From Rhynchobatus australiae (lineage: Eukaryota), in the NCBI GenBank assembly GCA_034780895.1, contig JAUZTB010000070.1, forward strand, positions 10,929,573-10,993,572: 64,000 nt of DNA, given 5' to 3'. Position 1 is the stretch's first letter. Each line of letters starts with the position of its first letter. Below are positions 15,358 to 28,037 of the stretch, in pieces. The notes below the pieces were generated by a model. That model was not told the DNA's origin, made no database searches, and saw nothing but the letters and a program-made list of their open reading frames with translations. The position numbers and the translations under genes were made by a program.

Positions 15358-15772
15358 CCATACTCTCTAGAGTTTAGAAGAATCATTGAAGCATATAAAA
15401 TTCTTACGGTGCTTGACAAGGAAGATGCAGGGACAATGTTTCCCCTGGCTGGATGCCTAGAACCAAGGGTCACAGTCTCAAAGTAAGGGGTCAGCAATTC
15501 AGGAGTGAGATGAGAAGAAATTTCTTCAGCCAGTGGGTGTCAAATCTTTGGAATTCTCTACATGAGGGCTACGGAGGCTGAAAATAGTGAAGAAAATAGT
15601 TAATAGTTCAAAAGGGGAGAAAGATTGATTTTTCAATATTAAAGGAATCAAGAGTTGTGGGATCACTGTGGGAAAGCAGTGCTGAGATAAAATATCAGCC
15701 ATGATCTTACTGAATGGTGGAGTAGATACAAAGGGCTGAATGGCCTACCCTTGTTTCAACTTCTTATGTTCT
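15358..15772 (+). mobile_element. CR1 LINE 3' fragment
   Basis: YSLEFRR..EAYKIL..LDK...MFPL and EMRRNFFSQWVSNLWNSL remnants, then the tail gggctgaatggcctac...cttatgttc. Confidence 0.8.
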
Positions 15773-15936
15773 TTGGTTCCCCTGCACACAAGGTAAAATG
15801 ATCAACCAGACTCTCAAGGTCCCCCTTACTGAACTTGGGGAGACGCTCTCTCTTCTCAGCAACCACTGGTGCAGCCACACGATATGAGGCAGCACTGTCC
15901 AGTGGCTGGTGGTGTTGTGAATGGGCCTTTCAGGGC

Positions 15937-16164
15937 AAACAAATACAACTGCAGATGCTGGGATCTGAAACAGAAGCAGAAAATGCTAGAAGAACTCAGC
16001 CAGTCAAGAAGCATGTGTGGAAAGAGAAACCAGTTAACCTTTTGGGTCAGGGACCCAGGCCTGAGAAAGGGTCCTTGACCTGACACATCAACTGGTTCCT
16101 TTTTCCACAAATTCTGTTTGCAACTGGCTGCATTCTTCCAGCATTTTCTGTTCCTGTTCCGGGT
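15937..16164. mobile_element. Palindromic Penelope-derived element with a 12-bp flanking direct repeat
   Basis: Inverted arms (cagaaaatgctagaagaactcagccagt ... actggctgcattcttccagcattttctg) flanked by GCCTTTCAGGGC at 15925-15936 and 16165-16176. Confidence 0.7.
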
Positions 16165-16598
16165 GCCTTTCAGGGCTGGGGTGATAATATCTCAGCAGCC
16201 AACACCTTTGAGAAATTCAATTCAAGCCTTTCATTAATAGCCACCATTTCTGAAAGAGCACAGGTGTTATACAAGGACCCTGACAGAGCACAGTGGAATA
16301 TCACAATCTGTATAAACAGTAGTGTGGAGGCATTGAACAATGCTGAAGGAACAGTGCATACAAATCTCTAGACCAATCGATTTTGACTGGAGCTGCTGTG
16401 AGATCAGAGGTGCAGGGTCCTGGATTCAACTCCTGCCTTTTGTGTTATTACCCACATCACTCCATACTCCAATTATCTGCTGACACTCATGGTGACTAAC
16501 AAATAGCCAGTTCCTGTGCAACCCAAACCCCATCCATGTGAGAAAATGGGAATAGTAAAGATTCAATTCATTGATACATCTTCATGAGAAAGTTTTAC

Positions 16599-17197
16599 CT
16601 TGAAAGATATTGACCCGAAGATATCATCCCTTCTTTCTGTATGTCGTAACAGTTCACCATACTTTGGATGAGTGCGGTGTCTGGTCGGATAAACACTGCT
16701 GTGGATATGGCTCTGGATATTAGCTCAACCGCATCCTTCACATAACTTCCCAGATCTGGTTTGTTCACCTCGCCATAGGCAAGTAGACCTAGGGGTAGGT
16801 CTGCAGTTTGCAGATCCTCGATGTTGAGTGGATGACCAATAACCCAGTGAAAGTCTGAGGACGTCAAACCCAATGTGGCTGCTGTTTCAAAGACAAAATC
16901 AGAGCATTTGGCATCACTGCTAAACATCAAAACAGAAGTGGACGAATCCTTCAAATCATTCAATTTCTCATGTAAAAACCGAATGATGCCCGCATCATCC
17001 ATGTCCGTTAGGTTGAGTAAAGCCCGCAGTTCGAAGTTAGAGTTGTTGCTTAGGTAGCTGAGCAAGCTGGAGATATCCCAGCTGTGGCACAAAATCACAC
17101 TGACATCATACCAGGCATTGGTTTTCAGGACACTGATCAGTAAGTCCATCAAGGAAGTCATCGAGCTTTCCATGCTCATCTGCAGGTGCAATGGGTT
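16599..17197 (-). CDS. grin3b: GluN3B coding exon 2 (amino-terminal domain), 599 bp
   Basis: Acceptor tttctag|AAC (NPLHLQMSMESS...) and donor TCAAG|gtaaaa in phase 2. Contains GluN3 motifs NPLHLQ, WYDVSVILC, FHWVIG, LPLGLLAYG, SGQYLSR. Confidence 0.93.
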
Positions 17198-17716
17198 CTA
17201 GAAAGTAAATTGATTTCAGAATTAGGGACTTGAGTCAGGAAACGAGAATATGCAGTACACCAAGAATTTAAATAAAGCGGTTCCACTTCTTTCACTTTGC
17301 ATTCAGTATAAACTAGTACCCAAACTCAGTAATAACCCATAACTATTCAGCCTGACTCTGTGAACACCCCATCCAATGAACACACCCACCATCCATTCTG
17401 TGTGGGCTAACCTGCACCCCATCCTTGCTCAACATCCATCTCATCCATAAACATTTTCCCAAAGCATCCAGGCCTATGTCCACCTCATCTTCACCCACAT
17501 CTACCTAACCTAGTGGTCAAACTGCATCTTCAACTACCTTAGACATGAATCCCACTAGATTACACCATTCCATCCATGGCTCTGAATATGGCTTTAAGCA
17601 ACATGCTCCTGAATATAAGAACCAGGAATAAGAGTAGACCACACAGATCTTCGTCTCCCTGTCATTCAATAATATCATGGCTGATCTGATCTTTGGCTTC
17701 AACTACAAGAACTTTA

Positions 17717-18122
17717 GGGACAGCACACAGCAAATGGTAGAGCTGTTGCTTCATAGCTCCAGTAACGTGGGCTCAATCCCGTCCTCTGGTGCTGTCTGTG
17801 TATCTGTGTGGAGTTTGCACGTTTTCCCTGTGACTGCATGGGTTTCCTCTGGGTGCTCTAGTTTCCTCCCACATCCCAAAAATGTGTAGATTGGTAGTTT
17901 AATTGGGCACTAAATTGCTCCTAGTTCAGGTAAATGGTAGAATTGGGGGTGAGGGGAGCTGAAGGGATTGTGGGGAGAATAAAATGAGCAGAGTGTAGGA
18001 CTGATGCAAATGGATATTTGATAGTCAATGAAGTCTCGGTGGAATGAAGAGACTTTTCTATGCCATATGACTGTGACTCTATGACATGTGACTCTATGAA
18101 TATGTCATGTGACTCTATGACT
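17717..18122 (+). mobile_element. V-domain SINE (HE1-like), same family as 9743-10146
   Basis: tRNA-like head, V domain tgtgtggagtttgcacgttttccctgtgactgcatgggtttcctctgggtgctctagtttcctcccacatcccaaa, and a (tgactcta)n tail. Confidence 0.8.
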
Positions 18123-19252
18123 TAGAAAAGGAGGATACATGATCCTGTCAGAAGTCAGTGTTCTGTATCTCTTCCAGGCACGGTGATTATGAATAGTTTC
18201 ATTAGAAGCTCCTGAGGAAATTTTCCAAAAAGTCACCACCTTTAAATTAACTTTTTTTTCTGAGCAATGTTTTAAATTTACTTTTCACTCTACTGCTCTG
18301 ACTAACCTTAAAATAGTTTTGTCTCATCTCAACATTCTGGGTATTAGATTTAGTACTAGAGAGTCAAATGGAAATTGTATAATTCATGAAGGAAATGTCA
18401 CTAGTCCTACTGGTTGCTGACAAGGCTGGAAATAATCTCATCCATAACACCCCGCACAGCTGACTACATTGCCAATGGTTATTGGTTGGGCTCATGTGAG
18501 AAAGGAAAAAGAGATGGCTTTCTCTCATCTGCACACATAAGAAATAGTGCCCNNNNNNNNNNNNNNNNNNNNNNNNNNNNNNNNNNNNNNNNNNNNNNNN
18601 NNNNNNNNNNNNNNNNNNNNNNNNNNNNNNNNNNNNNNNNNNNNNNNNNNNNNNNNNNNNNNNNNNNNNNNNNNNNNNNNNNNNNNNNNNNNNNNNNNNN
18701 NNNNNNNNNNNNNNNNNNNNNNNNNNNNNNNNNNNNNNNNNNNNNNNNNNNNNNNNNNNNNNNNNNNNNNNNNNNNNNNNNNNNNNNNNNNNNNNNNNNN
18801 NNNNNNNNNNNNNNNNNNNNNNNNNNNNNNNNNNNNNNNNNNNNNNNNNNNNNNNNNNNNNNNNNNNNNNNNGAGGACATGGTTTATGGATTGTTTTGAA
18901 ACCTGAAGTCAGGGCATGAAACCATGAACACTAGTTAGAGCAGTAAATCTGATGAACGGAAACCTGCTGCTCTGTCGCACTGCATTGGCATGATGGGTGT
19001 TATAGTTCAGCACCATAAAGACATTCAAATGATGTCCACACACTTCAACTATCTTCATCATCAGTTTTCTTCCTTCATCTCCTGAAAATGAAGAATTCTT
19101 GAGACAAAAAGGGAAGAAGAAAAGCAAAGATCCTGGATGAAATGAAGAAAACTAGATGTGTTTATAACACTCTGAAACGTTTAACTACTGTATCAGCAGT
19201 GGGAGCCACCAGGGGCATGTGCCAAAATGGGGTGTGGTCAGGTAAAAAGATC

Positions 19253-19560
19253 AGCATTCGCAGTGCCTTTACAATCTTAGGATATTTTAAAGTGCTTAAA
19301 GCTGTACTTTTTGATGTATGGTTGCTACCATAATGTAGGAAGTGTAGCTGCAATTTGTGCACAGTAAGATCTCACAATCAATAACATGATAAAGAGCAGA
19401 TTTATTTTTTGTCATTGCAATAGAGGAATAATTATTGGCCAGAATAGTACAGATAATTTTGAAATAGGGCTATCTGAGAGATAGTAGATGTACTTTATTA
19501 AACATCCCATAGAAAAGACAGCATCTCTCACATTATACAGGCAATCCTTGCTTAATGTCA
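19253..19560 (-). mobile_element. Deu-domain SINE remnant (SacSINE1/AmnSINE1-like)
   Basis: Reverse complement matches the Deu domain pattern ...GGCCAATAATTATTCCTC...GATCTTACTGTGCACAAATTGCAGCTACACTTCCTACATTA... Confidence 0.6.
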
Positions 19561-20589
19561 TTTCATTCATCATCATTTTGTTTTTATGTTGTGAAATATT
19601 AGTGACTCAAGATACACATTGTTGCCCAAAGTCATTATTACGTTACTGCTTACCCTGCATGGTGCTGCCAGGTGACAGGGGACAGCACTCAGATGCTTAG
19701 TCATTGAGCACTGACTTCAGCAACAGTCTGGAACCCCACAAAGGTAAGTCCCATATTTATCTTCTATCATCCCCAATCTACTGTCCTCCTACCCTCAGAT
19801 CATTGACCCAATCCCACTCATCCTGTCACTTACCTGGTCCCTGATCCTGCTCTGGCCTTGGTCTGGGAAGAGATAATTTTACTTAGCATGACAATGTCTC
19901 GGAACATAACCATGATATTAGATGAGGCCCTGCTGTAATGGACTAGTGGTGGCTCAGAGTATGTTGTTGAACTTAAAATCTGATTTAGACCCAAGAGTGC
20001 TGCTTACTGAGCCAGCAGGTGTGATAAATGGATGATGTTGACAGAGGAATGAACGTTGTCTTGGATCTCTGATCTTCTCCAAATAATACTGTAGGATCTT
20101 TAAGCAGGAAACGTGGTATCTTGATTCAAGGTGGTGCGATAAAAATAATGGAAAAGTAGAAGACATCTCCCAATTATTTCCCAGATATTCCCCCCAAAGA
20201 CCTATCAAATACCGTGAATACTTCTCCCCATGTGTAGTATTTGTCTATGACCACGTGCTATTTTTGCACCATCCACTCTCCATCCCTCCCTCTGGCAAAT
20301 CGTTTGATATTGGTCCAGATCTTCACAACCTTGGTGCTATATTTGCCTACGTATCCACGTATAAGTCCTCTTCCTTGTACCTCTGTAACAACAGCTTAGA
20401 AACTTCTGAAACCTTCATCTATGACTGTATTATATTTAAACTTGACAGTTTAAACACTCTTCAGTCCTGCTCCCAAACTTGAGCTCTGGCAAACTCTACT
20501 GTCTGAGTCCTCACTCACTTGGGNNNNNNNNNNNNNNNNNNNNNNNNNNNNNNNNNNNNNNNNNNNNNNNNNNNNNNNNNNNNNNNNNN

Positions 20590-20945
20590 AACTGCAAATC
20601 CTCAACGGCCTCACTCCCTCCATTCCCTTCTCTATAACCTCCTTGTCCTGTATCCCTCTGAGGTAACTGATGTCCTTCATTTTTGGCTTCTTGCAGGTCC
20701 CTGGAGAATTTTAATTGCTCCGTCATTTCTTGCTGTGTTTTCAGCTGTCTTGGTCCACACTCTGATTTACACCCTTCTGGTTTCTCTCCCTTTCTTGAGA
20801 GTCTTCTTAAAACCTCTTTCTTTAACAAAACTTTTCATTGTATCCTAACATCTGCTATGGCTTAGTGTCAAAATGTACTTGATAATCATTGGTGAATCAT
20901 TGAGGGATATTTTTCTCTGGCCCTATATAGATATAAGTTATATAA
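20590..20945 (+). mobile_element. L2-type LINE 3' end
   Basis: ctctataacctcc...ttttcagctgtcttggtcc...ttcttaaaacc...ctatatagatataagtt tail; complementary to the minus-strand L2 copies. Confidence 0.6.
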
Positions 20946-21099
20946 CATACCATGCATATAGTTCCAACACTGCAGGTGCTAGTACCTCTGGCATCAGTGG
21001 TATCCTTATCCACGAAGAGAACAAGTTAATCAACTTATTATCCTGACATATGACAGGCCAAGGGATGTGTCAAATTCAGAATCAGCTTCATGAGCTCAC

Positions 21100-21490
21100 T
21101 GTAGTACATGAAGGGCCTTGACCTGCAATGTCAACTTCCATTCCCCCTCCCCCCCCACAGATGCTGCCTGACTCGCTGAGTTCCTCCAGTGTCTTGTTTG
21201 TTGCTCCAGATTCCAGCATCTGTTGTCTCCTGTGTCTCTGTATAAAACAGAGACTGGGACTATATCCTTGCAAAGACCCACACACCACCATGCTGAAACA
21301 GAGACACAAGAGAATGCAGATGCTGGGATCTGGAGCAAAACACGAAGTGCAGGGGGAACAACGGTTCAGACAGTATCAATGGAGATAAATGGACACTCAA
21401 CGTTTCAGGTCGAGACCCTTCATCTAGACTGAAAGAAAGAGGGCAGATAGCCAGTATAAGAAGGTAGAGGGAAGGGGTAGAGCAAGAGCA
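21100..21490. mobile_element. Two Penelope-like terminal repeats in inverted arrangement; best-preserved hammerhead-like motif at 21394-21431 (-)
   Basis: ccacagatgctgcctgactcgctgagttcctccag...ccagcatctg (+) followed by gcagatgctgggatctggagcaa...cgtttcaggtcgagacccttcatctagactg (-). Confidence 0.7.
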
Positions 21491-22884
21491 CACCTGCCAT
21501 CTAAAGTCATATCAGATGGTACACGTAGTTCTTGAATGCATTGAATATACGTATACTGCACTGTTTGCTTCAATAAAGGTAACAAACCCATAGCAACAAT
21601 ATTTACATGTATTAAATTATTTTATCAATTAACCATACACAATATTAAATTATATAAATAACTAATTTATATTAAGACAAGCTTCTCACTGTACCTTGGT
21701 ACAAGTGACAATAATAAACCAATACCAATAATATACAAAACAGGTACATACAAGGTCAACAAATATAAAGTTTTACTTAAAACATAAATCCATTTCTTTT
21801 CTAATCCTCCCAATACTACAATGTAAAATAGATTCAGTAATTCTATATCTAGCAACTGCATGCTCAGCAGTTCTATNNNNNNNNNNNNNNNNNNNNNNNN
21901 NNNNNNNNNNNNNNNNNNNNNNNNNNNNNNNNNNNNNNNNNNNNNNNNNNNNNNNNNNNNNNNNNNNNNNNNNNNNNNNNNNNNNNNNNNNNNNNNNNNN
22001 NNNNNNNNNNNNNNNNNNNNNNNNNNNNNNNNNNNNNNNNNNNNNNNNNNNNNNNNNNNNNNNNNNNNNNNNNNNNNNNNNNNNNNNNNNNNNNNNNNNN
22101 NNNNNNNNNNNNNNNNNNNNNNNNNNNNNNNNNNNNNNNNNNNNNNNNNNNNNNNNNNNNNNNNNNNNNNNNNNNNNNNNNNNNNNNNNNNNNNNNNNNN
22201 NNNNNNNNNNNNNNNNNNNNNNNNNNNNNNNNNNNNNNNNNNNNNNNNNNNNNNNNNNAGTGTGGAAAATGTATCAGTCTGGCACCACCATCTTGCCTTC
22301 GTGCTCACTCCATTTCACGTTGGACCTCTCAGTTTGGCTCTGCTGTGGACATTCCTTTACTCTGCTGACCCTTTTGATGATCAGAAGTCATTGCCCATAA
22401 CCTTCTCTCTCTGATGGCCTCCAATTCACTCAGTCATCATAGTTTCCAGCCTCAGTGTTGTGAGCTGCTATCAGTATAATAAACCTGATGTAACATGATG
22501 CATGTGGTCCTTGGACTCTCTGTATCCTTTCCACAAAGACAAAATGACTACAAGGAGCTTTCATATTTTTCTAGTCACTAACCTATCTGTCACATTCTAT
22601 CATTCCCACTCTCTAGAAGACCCTATCCTCCTTTCCCTTGCATTTGGTTGCTGCTTTCTTACTTCCTTAGCAGCATTAACCCATTCTTGTCTCCCATGTA
22701 ACATCTGTATGTTCTTCTGTATATTGATGATTAGTATAGCAAGTAACAATGACAGAGCTTCTCATTAAGCATCCTCTATTGATGGGAAACAACTGACATT
22801 ACTGGTTGACATAACAAGTCAAACCACATTATAAACAAAGTTCTTATAGTTATGTACATATACCTGGTCCTCTGGCATCTGTAA

Positions 22885-22985
22885 CAAAACAGAAAATGCG
22901 GGAAAAACTCAACAGGTCAGGCAGCATCCGTGGAAAGGGAAACAGTCAACATTTCGGGTCTGCAGCCCTTTGTCAGTTCTTCCAC
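22885..22985 (-). mobile_element. Penelope-like terminal repeat fragment
   Basis: aaacagaaaatgcgggaaaaactcaacaggtcaggcagcatccgtggaaagggaaacagtcaacatttcgggtc...cctttgtcag. Confidence 0.65.
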
Positions 22986-23494
22986 GGAGAGCAAGAAACC
23001 AGTGAATCCTAAGTCTCTGTGACCTTGGCTGAAAACCATCAATTTGTCTGTAGCACCTTCAGGTCAGGATTGAGTTCGGCATTTCTATCAAAAACCATGA
23101 CAAATGCTGAAAGTAATCTGACTTGGCACAGCCATACTAATAGTCCGTCACTCAGAATTGATTAAATGCCTGATGGCAGGTTAGTGGCTGACTGAAGAGG
23201 CAGACGAGACTGGAGAAAATCAGAGTTTAGGTGTGGGGCAGGAAAGAAATAGAATAATCTTCAAGGAGAAATTCCCAGAGTAAATGTTCCTGACATGATT
23301 ATCACGGCTTAGGGTGATTATGCCACACATACATTTTCAAGAGTCATTTACTTCCATAAGTGGGACTCATGTCCCATATTAATGAAGTACACCTCTCTCT
23401 ATCAAACATAATAATGAGACTCAAGGATTGCAAGAGAGCTCCTCTTCTGGTTACTGGAATATTTATGAGCAATGAAGCAAACAATGGTGAAAAT

Positions 23495-23645
23495 CAAAAT
23501 AAAAACTGCAGATGCTGGAAATCTGAAATAAAAGAAAATCCTGGAAACACTCAGCAAGTCAGGCAGCATCTGTGGAAAGAGAATCAGAGTTAATGTTTCC
23601 TGCGTGACCTGTTGAGTGTTCCGAGCATTTTCTGCTTCTATTTGA
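23495..23645. mobile_element. Short palindromic Penelope-derived element
   Basis: gaaaatcctggaaacactcagcaagtca ... tgacctgttgagtgttccgagcattttc inverted arms. Confidence 0.65.
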
Positions 23646-24859
23646 GGCAACCAGTGTATCTCCTTAACCAAATGATTGAAGAACTGAGAAATAAACAGTT
23701 GTAACTAAGGAGGAGGGTAGACCAGAGTAAGTGAATTTGATCTTAAATCTGTTACAGAGACTGAAAGCAAAGGTCTATGTTAATAACAGGTGAAAAGATA
23801 GAATGTAATTTATTCAAGTTCTCTAATGGAAAGTGAGCTGTCAGGGGGATTCAGTGTCTAAAGGGATGCAGACATGTTAAGTGAGCAGGCAAGAAGTGAC
23901 AGAGGAAAGTGTAATGTAGGAAGACACAGAAATTGGTAGAAGGAATAGAAAAATAATAATTCTATGTGAAAATACACACTGTTATTTCCCAGCAAATTTA
24001 TAGACCATTGTAACTGAATTTCTCTGATCCCAATACATAAATTAAAAAAAGCTCACATTAAGTATGAATTAAAAAGACACAAAGCTACTTTTCACATTAA
24101 GAAACAGGAGCTTTTTAAAATCTCAGCTTATTGCTCATGAAACTCAAATATCAAACTCTCATTCTATGGGCTGCAGAACTGAAACTACATCTTGACAATC
24201 CTCTGAAGTTCAATTTAATCCTGTAATTGGAGAGTCCAGGCCAATGTTGTATGTCAAGGTAGAGTACAGGCAGTCATTAGTACTTACAACTCGTAAACAT
24301 GTCTGCAGAACTGATTCCAAACAGGAATGTGATCTGAACCCTTTGAATATTACATTGAAGTAAAAGCTTGAACTATCCATATAAATGGTGAGGGAAATAA
24401 CTAACTGCTAACACAAACAAAGCAGTTATTCCTCTGGTTAATTTACCTATAATAATTGAACCTCTATTAACAGGTTTGCAGGGATCACTGCATTAATTGC
24501 CTCCATTCACCATAACTTACCATATATTCTTAGCTCTACCCCTGTGATGGCAGGGCTCTGCCTATACATCCTATGCTGTGACTCCGTCTTTTATCAACCA
24601 CCAGCCTCCATGTTTAACAGACCATCCTTTACACCTCTGACCACTTCTAGAGTACTGCTGCCACTATACACACCTTCTCCAGACCTTTTTGCATCTTAGA
24701 TGTACAGTTTCTTATGATATATCCTGGTTTGTATATTTCTATCACCTCCAGTTCTTGCTTTTCTTCCCATGACACCTTCCAGTGTGTAGAGATGCAATCC
24801 CTGCCCCTTCATTTCCTCTCTTTCCACTATTTAATCCCCCAGAATCTTCCTTCTCTGTT

Positions 24860-25890
24860 TGTTTCTGTGTTTGCATCATGTAGTAGTGTTTACACCACTA
24901 GTACACGGTGTAAACACAGACATAAACAAAAAGATAATCATTTATCCACTCATCTTAGCCCAGGACATTGCTGCAAGAGTTACTCAGGAGAGTGTCCTAG
25001 GTTCAAACTCCTCGAGTTGCTTCATCATTGACTATCTAATCTTTGGAAAGTCAGAAATGAGGATGATCACTGCAGAATTTAGTTTCATTTCAACTCCTCA
25101 GATAATAAAACAGTCTGTGTCTCGTGCTGCAGGACCTGGCTAAAGTTCAGGGTTGGAGTAATATGTAGCAGGTTACATGTATGCCACAAACAGTAGTGGT
25201 GACCATTTCCAACATGAGAAAAAGAAAATCTAACCACATCCTTGACCTTTGATGGTACTATCATTGCTGAGTGTCCCTGTCATTAACATCATAGAGCCCA
25301 CCAGCAGCTGGAAACTTCATCAGACCTGCGCGTAAACAGTTTGGCCTCAGGAGGCGTTTGGAGACCAGGTATTCTGTGGTAGCTGGCTCATCTCTTGATT
25401 CCCTGAAGCTTTCCCACCATTTGCAAGGAATCTGATGGAATAATACGGATGAATGCAGTTCCAGCACCTCTGATGATCAACGCTATCCAGTAACAAAGAA
25501 TGCATCCCGTTCACCAAAGTAAACAATTGAGCCCTTCACTGTTACACACTGAGTGCGAAGTGTACCATCTACAAAACACCATGCCACAGCTTGCCAAGAT
25601 TTATTTTACAGAACCTCTTAAACATCTGACCTCTACTTCCAGAAGGGTAAAGGCAGCAGACCTATGGGAACATTACCACCACTATTTTCCCTCCAAATCA
25701 CTCACCATCCTAAGTTGGAAATACATCACTGCTCCTCCATCTAGCTGATCAAAATCCTGGAACTCCCTACATAGTAGCACTGTGGGAGTACTTTTATTGC
25801 AATGACCAGTTCAGGTAGGCACTATCTTCCAAAGGAAATAATGAATGACCAATAAGCACTTGTCTTGCATGATGCCTACATCTCATGGAT
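24860..25890 (+). mobile_element. Degenerate CR1/L2-group LINE 3' portion (RT C-terminal half and tail)
   Basis: QDIAARVTQESVLG (GVPQGSVLGP-like) at ~24961 followed by a typical RT C-terminal layout. Minus-strand pieces of the same tail occur near 7.95-8.2, 37.4-37.6 and 51.5-51.8 kb. Confidence 0.6.
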
Positions 25891-28037
25891 AAATAATAAT
25901 GAGATAGAGTAACTGTACTAAATGGGGTATTATGAAATAATTTGTAGTACTGTGGATCTCAAGAGTAACTATTTGCAAAAAGAACCAGAAACACATTGCC
26001 ATGGGTTTGTTGTAAATTGTGTATTTTCATCAAGTTTACCACAGTGTAGATACTTCTACTGTGCCACAGTATGCACAACACATATCCCAATTAAAGTCTC
26101 TGAAGGCAATCATTCATGGTCCAAGGTCAAAGCTGATATTGAGAGAATCTGTGATGCATACAATTTAGAAGAAAGAATAACTTTATTGGGACTAACTCAA
26201 AAATAAGGAGGTGCGGAGACAATATATTTTCCTTCAGAAAATTAATATCATGACCAAGGCTGGAATATTATTAGCTGCTTAAGCGATTACACACTTCTGG
26301 AGCATGTTGGTAATTATGCTTTCTTCCAAAAATAATCATTATAAAGACAAGATTTGTTTCAGCTATTCATTGTCACCAGAGTCTGATCTGGCCACAGTAA
26401 CCATGTTCTTGTCCATTATCGCAAAACTAGCTGAAATATCCCACTTTTAAAAAAATAACAGCCACAACAATGCTTGTAAAATAAATATAATGAATAATAT
26501 TCATCTAATACAATACATTGCAAACTACATTCAGAATGCTTTTTAGATCAAACAAAAAGTTACTTATTGCAACACTGTATAAATTGCACCCCTCATCTTT
26601 ATTTGACTTTTCTCTCCCCGAAGGCACAGATGCTTGCTGGAATATAACTTCCACTTGTGCCCTTCAGTCCCCCTTCCATATGCAAATTCCTCACTTGTGA
26701 CTCTGTCAGGTTATTCGACTGCAGAGAGTAGCACAGCCAAGCATTACCCTGCTTTCCCCAGCACCAGCACACAGGAATGTCACGAGATGGCAAATCACGC
26801 TTGATCCATCCTTCCCTTCCCCAAGATAAACTTGCAACTTCAGGGCAGGAGAAGGAAGGGCTTCACAAATCAAATTTAATACTTTCGTTCGTACTCCCTG
26901 CCCTCACACTAAGTAGTCATGGTTGTACTCTGAGGTGAGCAGATTGAATTAGAATACGAGGTCAAAAAGGACACAGTAGAAATGATAAAAATATACAACC
27001 CGAGGCAAAAGAGGAAAACATCATTACAGAGTAAATGAAATTTAGTGAAAATGTTTCACTGGCTCTAATATTCAGGCTCCAGTCTCAGACAATATTGAAT
27101 TTTAAATGGCCAATAAACATATTCATAAACAGTTGTCCAGCACCACATACATTCAGGGCCCACTTGCAGGGGAACTGTTGAATGTGGTCAGTTTTGCCAC
27201 AGCCAACCATGATTTGGATCAGTGGGCCATGGCTTTTATCCATAAAAAGGTGAAGGATGATCTAAGAGGTATATTTAAAGTTTTGAAATGTTTTGATAGG
27301 ATAAATCTTGATAAAATGTTTTTGCCAATGGAGCATAATTCTGATATTTATCAATAGCTGCATCAAAAATTTCTCAAAGAACTTCTTTAACCCAAAAAAA
27401 AAAGTTAGAATTTGAGTCTTGCTACCATGTGGAATAGTTGAGGCTCACGGCATAGTTCTATTTCTGGGATAGTTGAGGCAAGATCCTGAGAGAGAAAGAA
27501 TGGAAGGAGATACCAATGTAGTTAGATGAAGATGGGTGGGAGGAAACTCATGCATGGCCTAAAACATATACTGTATGTAAATCTTTTCCAAGTATTTAAT
27601 GATGACACCAATCTTATTACCTACCCAACAACTTAAACACCTAACTGGAAACCAGAAAAGTTATCACAAGTCTATTCTTCAAATCTGCCCAGCAATATGT
27701 CCATCATTTACTTTTCCCTGTTTCACAAAGCACACTTAGCTATCTCTGAAATCCAATTATACCACGCTTTCCAATAACATTTAGGTTTATATGTAATATC
27801 CCACCATCCCATATCATATAAGTAAATCAATCCAGATAAGTGACTTGCTTAATTTTGTTATGCTTCTAAGATCCAAACAATTATATTTGCTGACTGTTTA
27901 CTGTCTCAAGCTTATTGCTATTCATTTTAATAATTTGGCCTTTATATAACCAACAACCAATCATCTTCTTCTTTAGCCTAACCTAAGGGCTATCTGTACT
28001 CTACAAGATGACTGATTGTTGATTACCTTTTAACAGA

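Noticed and set aside
9743-18122. tRNA-like A/B-box sequences at the SINE heads (~10080-10146 and ~17717-17790)
   Set aside because: No complete cloverleaf; they are SINE promoter regions, not tRNA genes.
19006-19026. RE1/NRSE-like half site TTCAGCACCA (also right half-sites at ~3308 and ~46423)
   Set aside because: Only half-sites; no full 21-bp REST consensus was found by eye.
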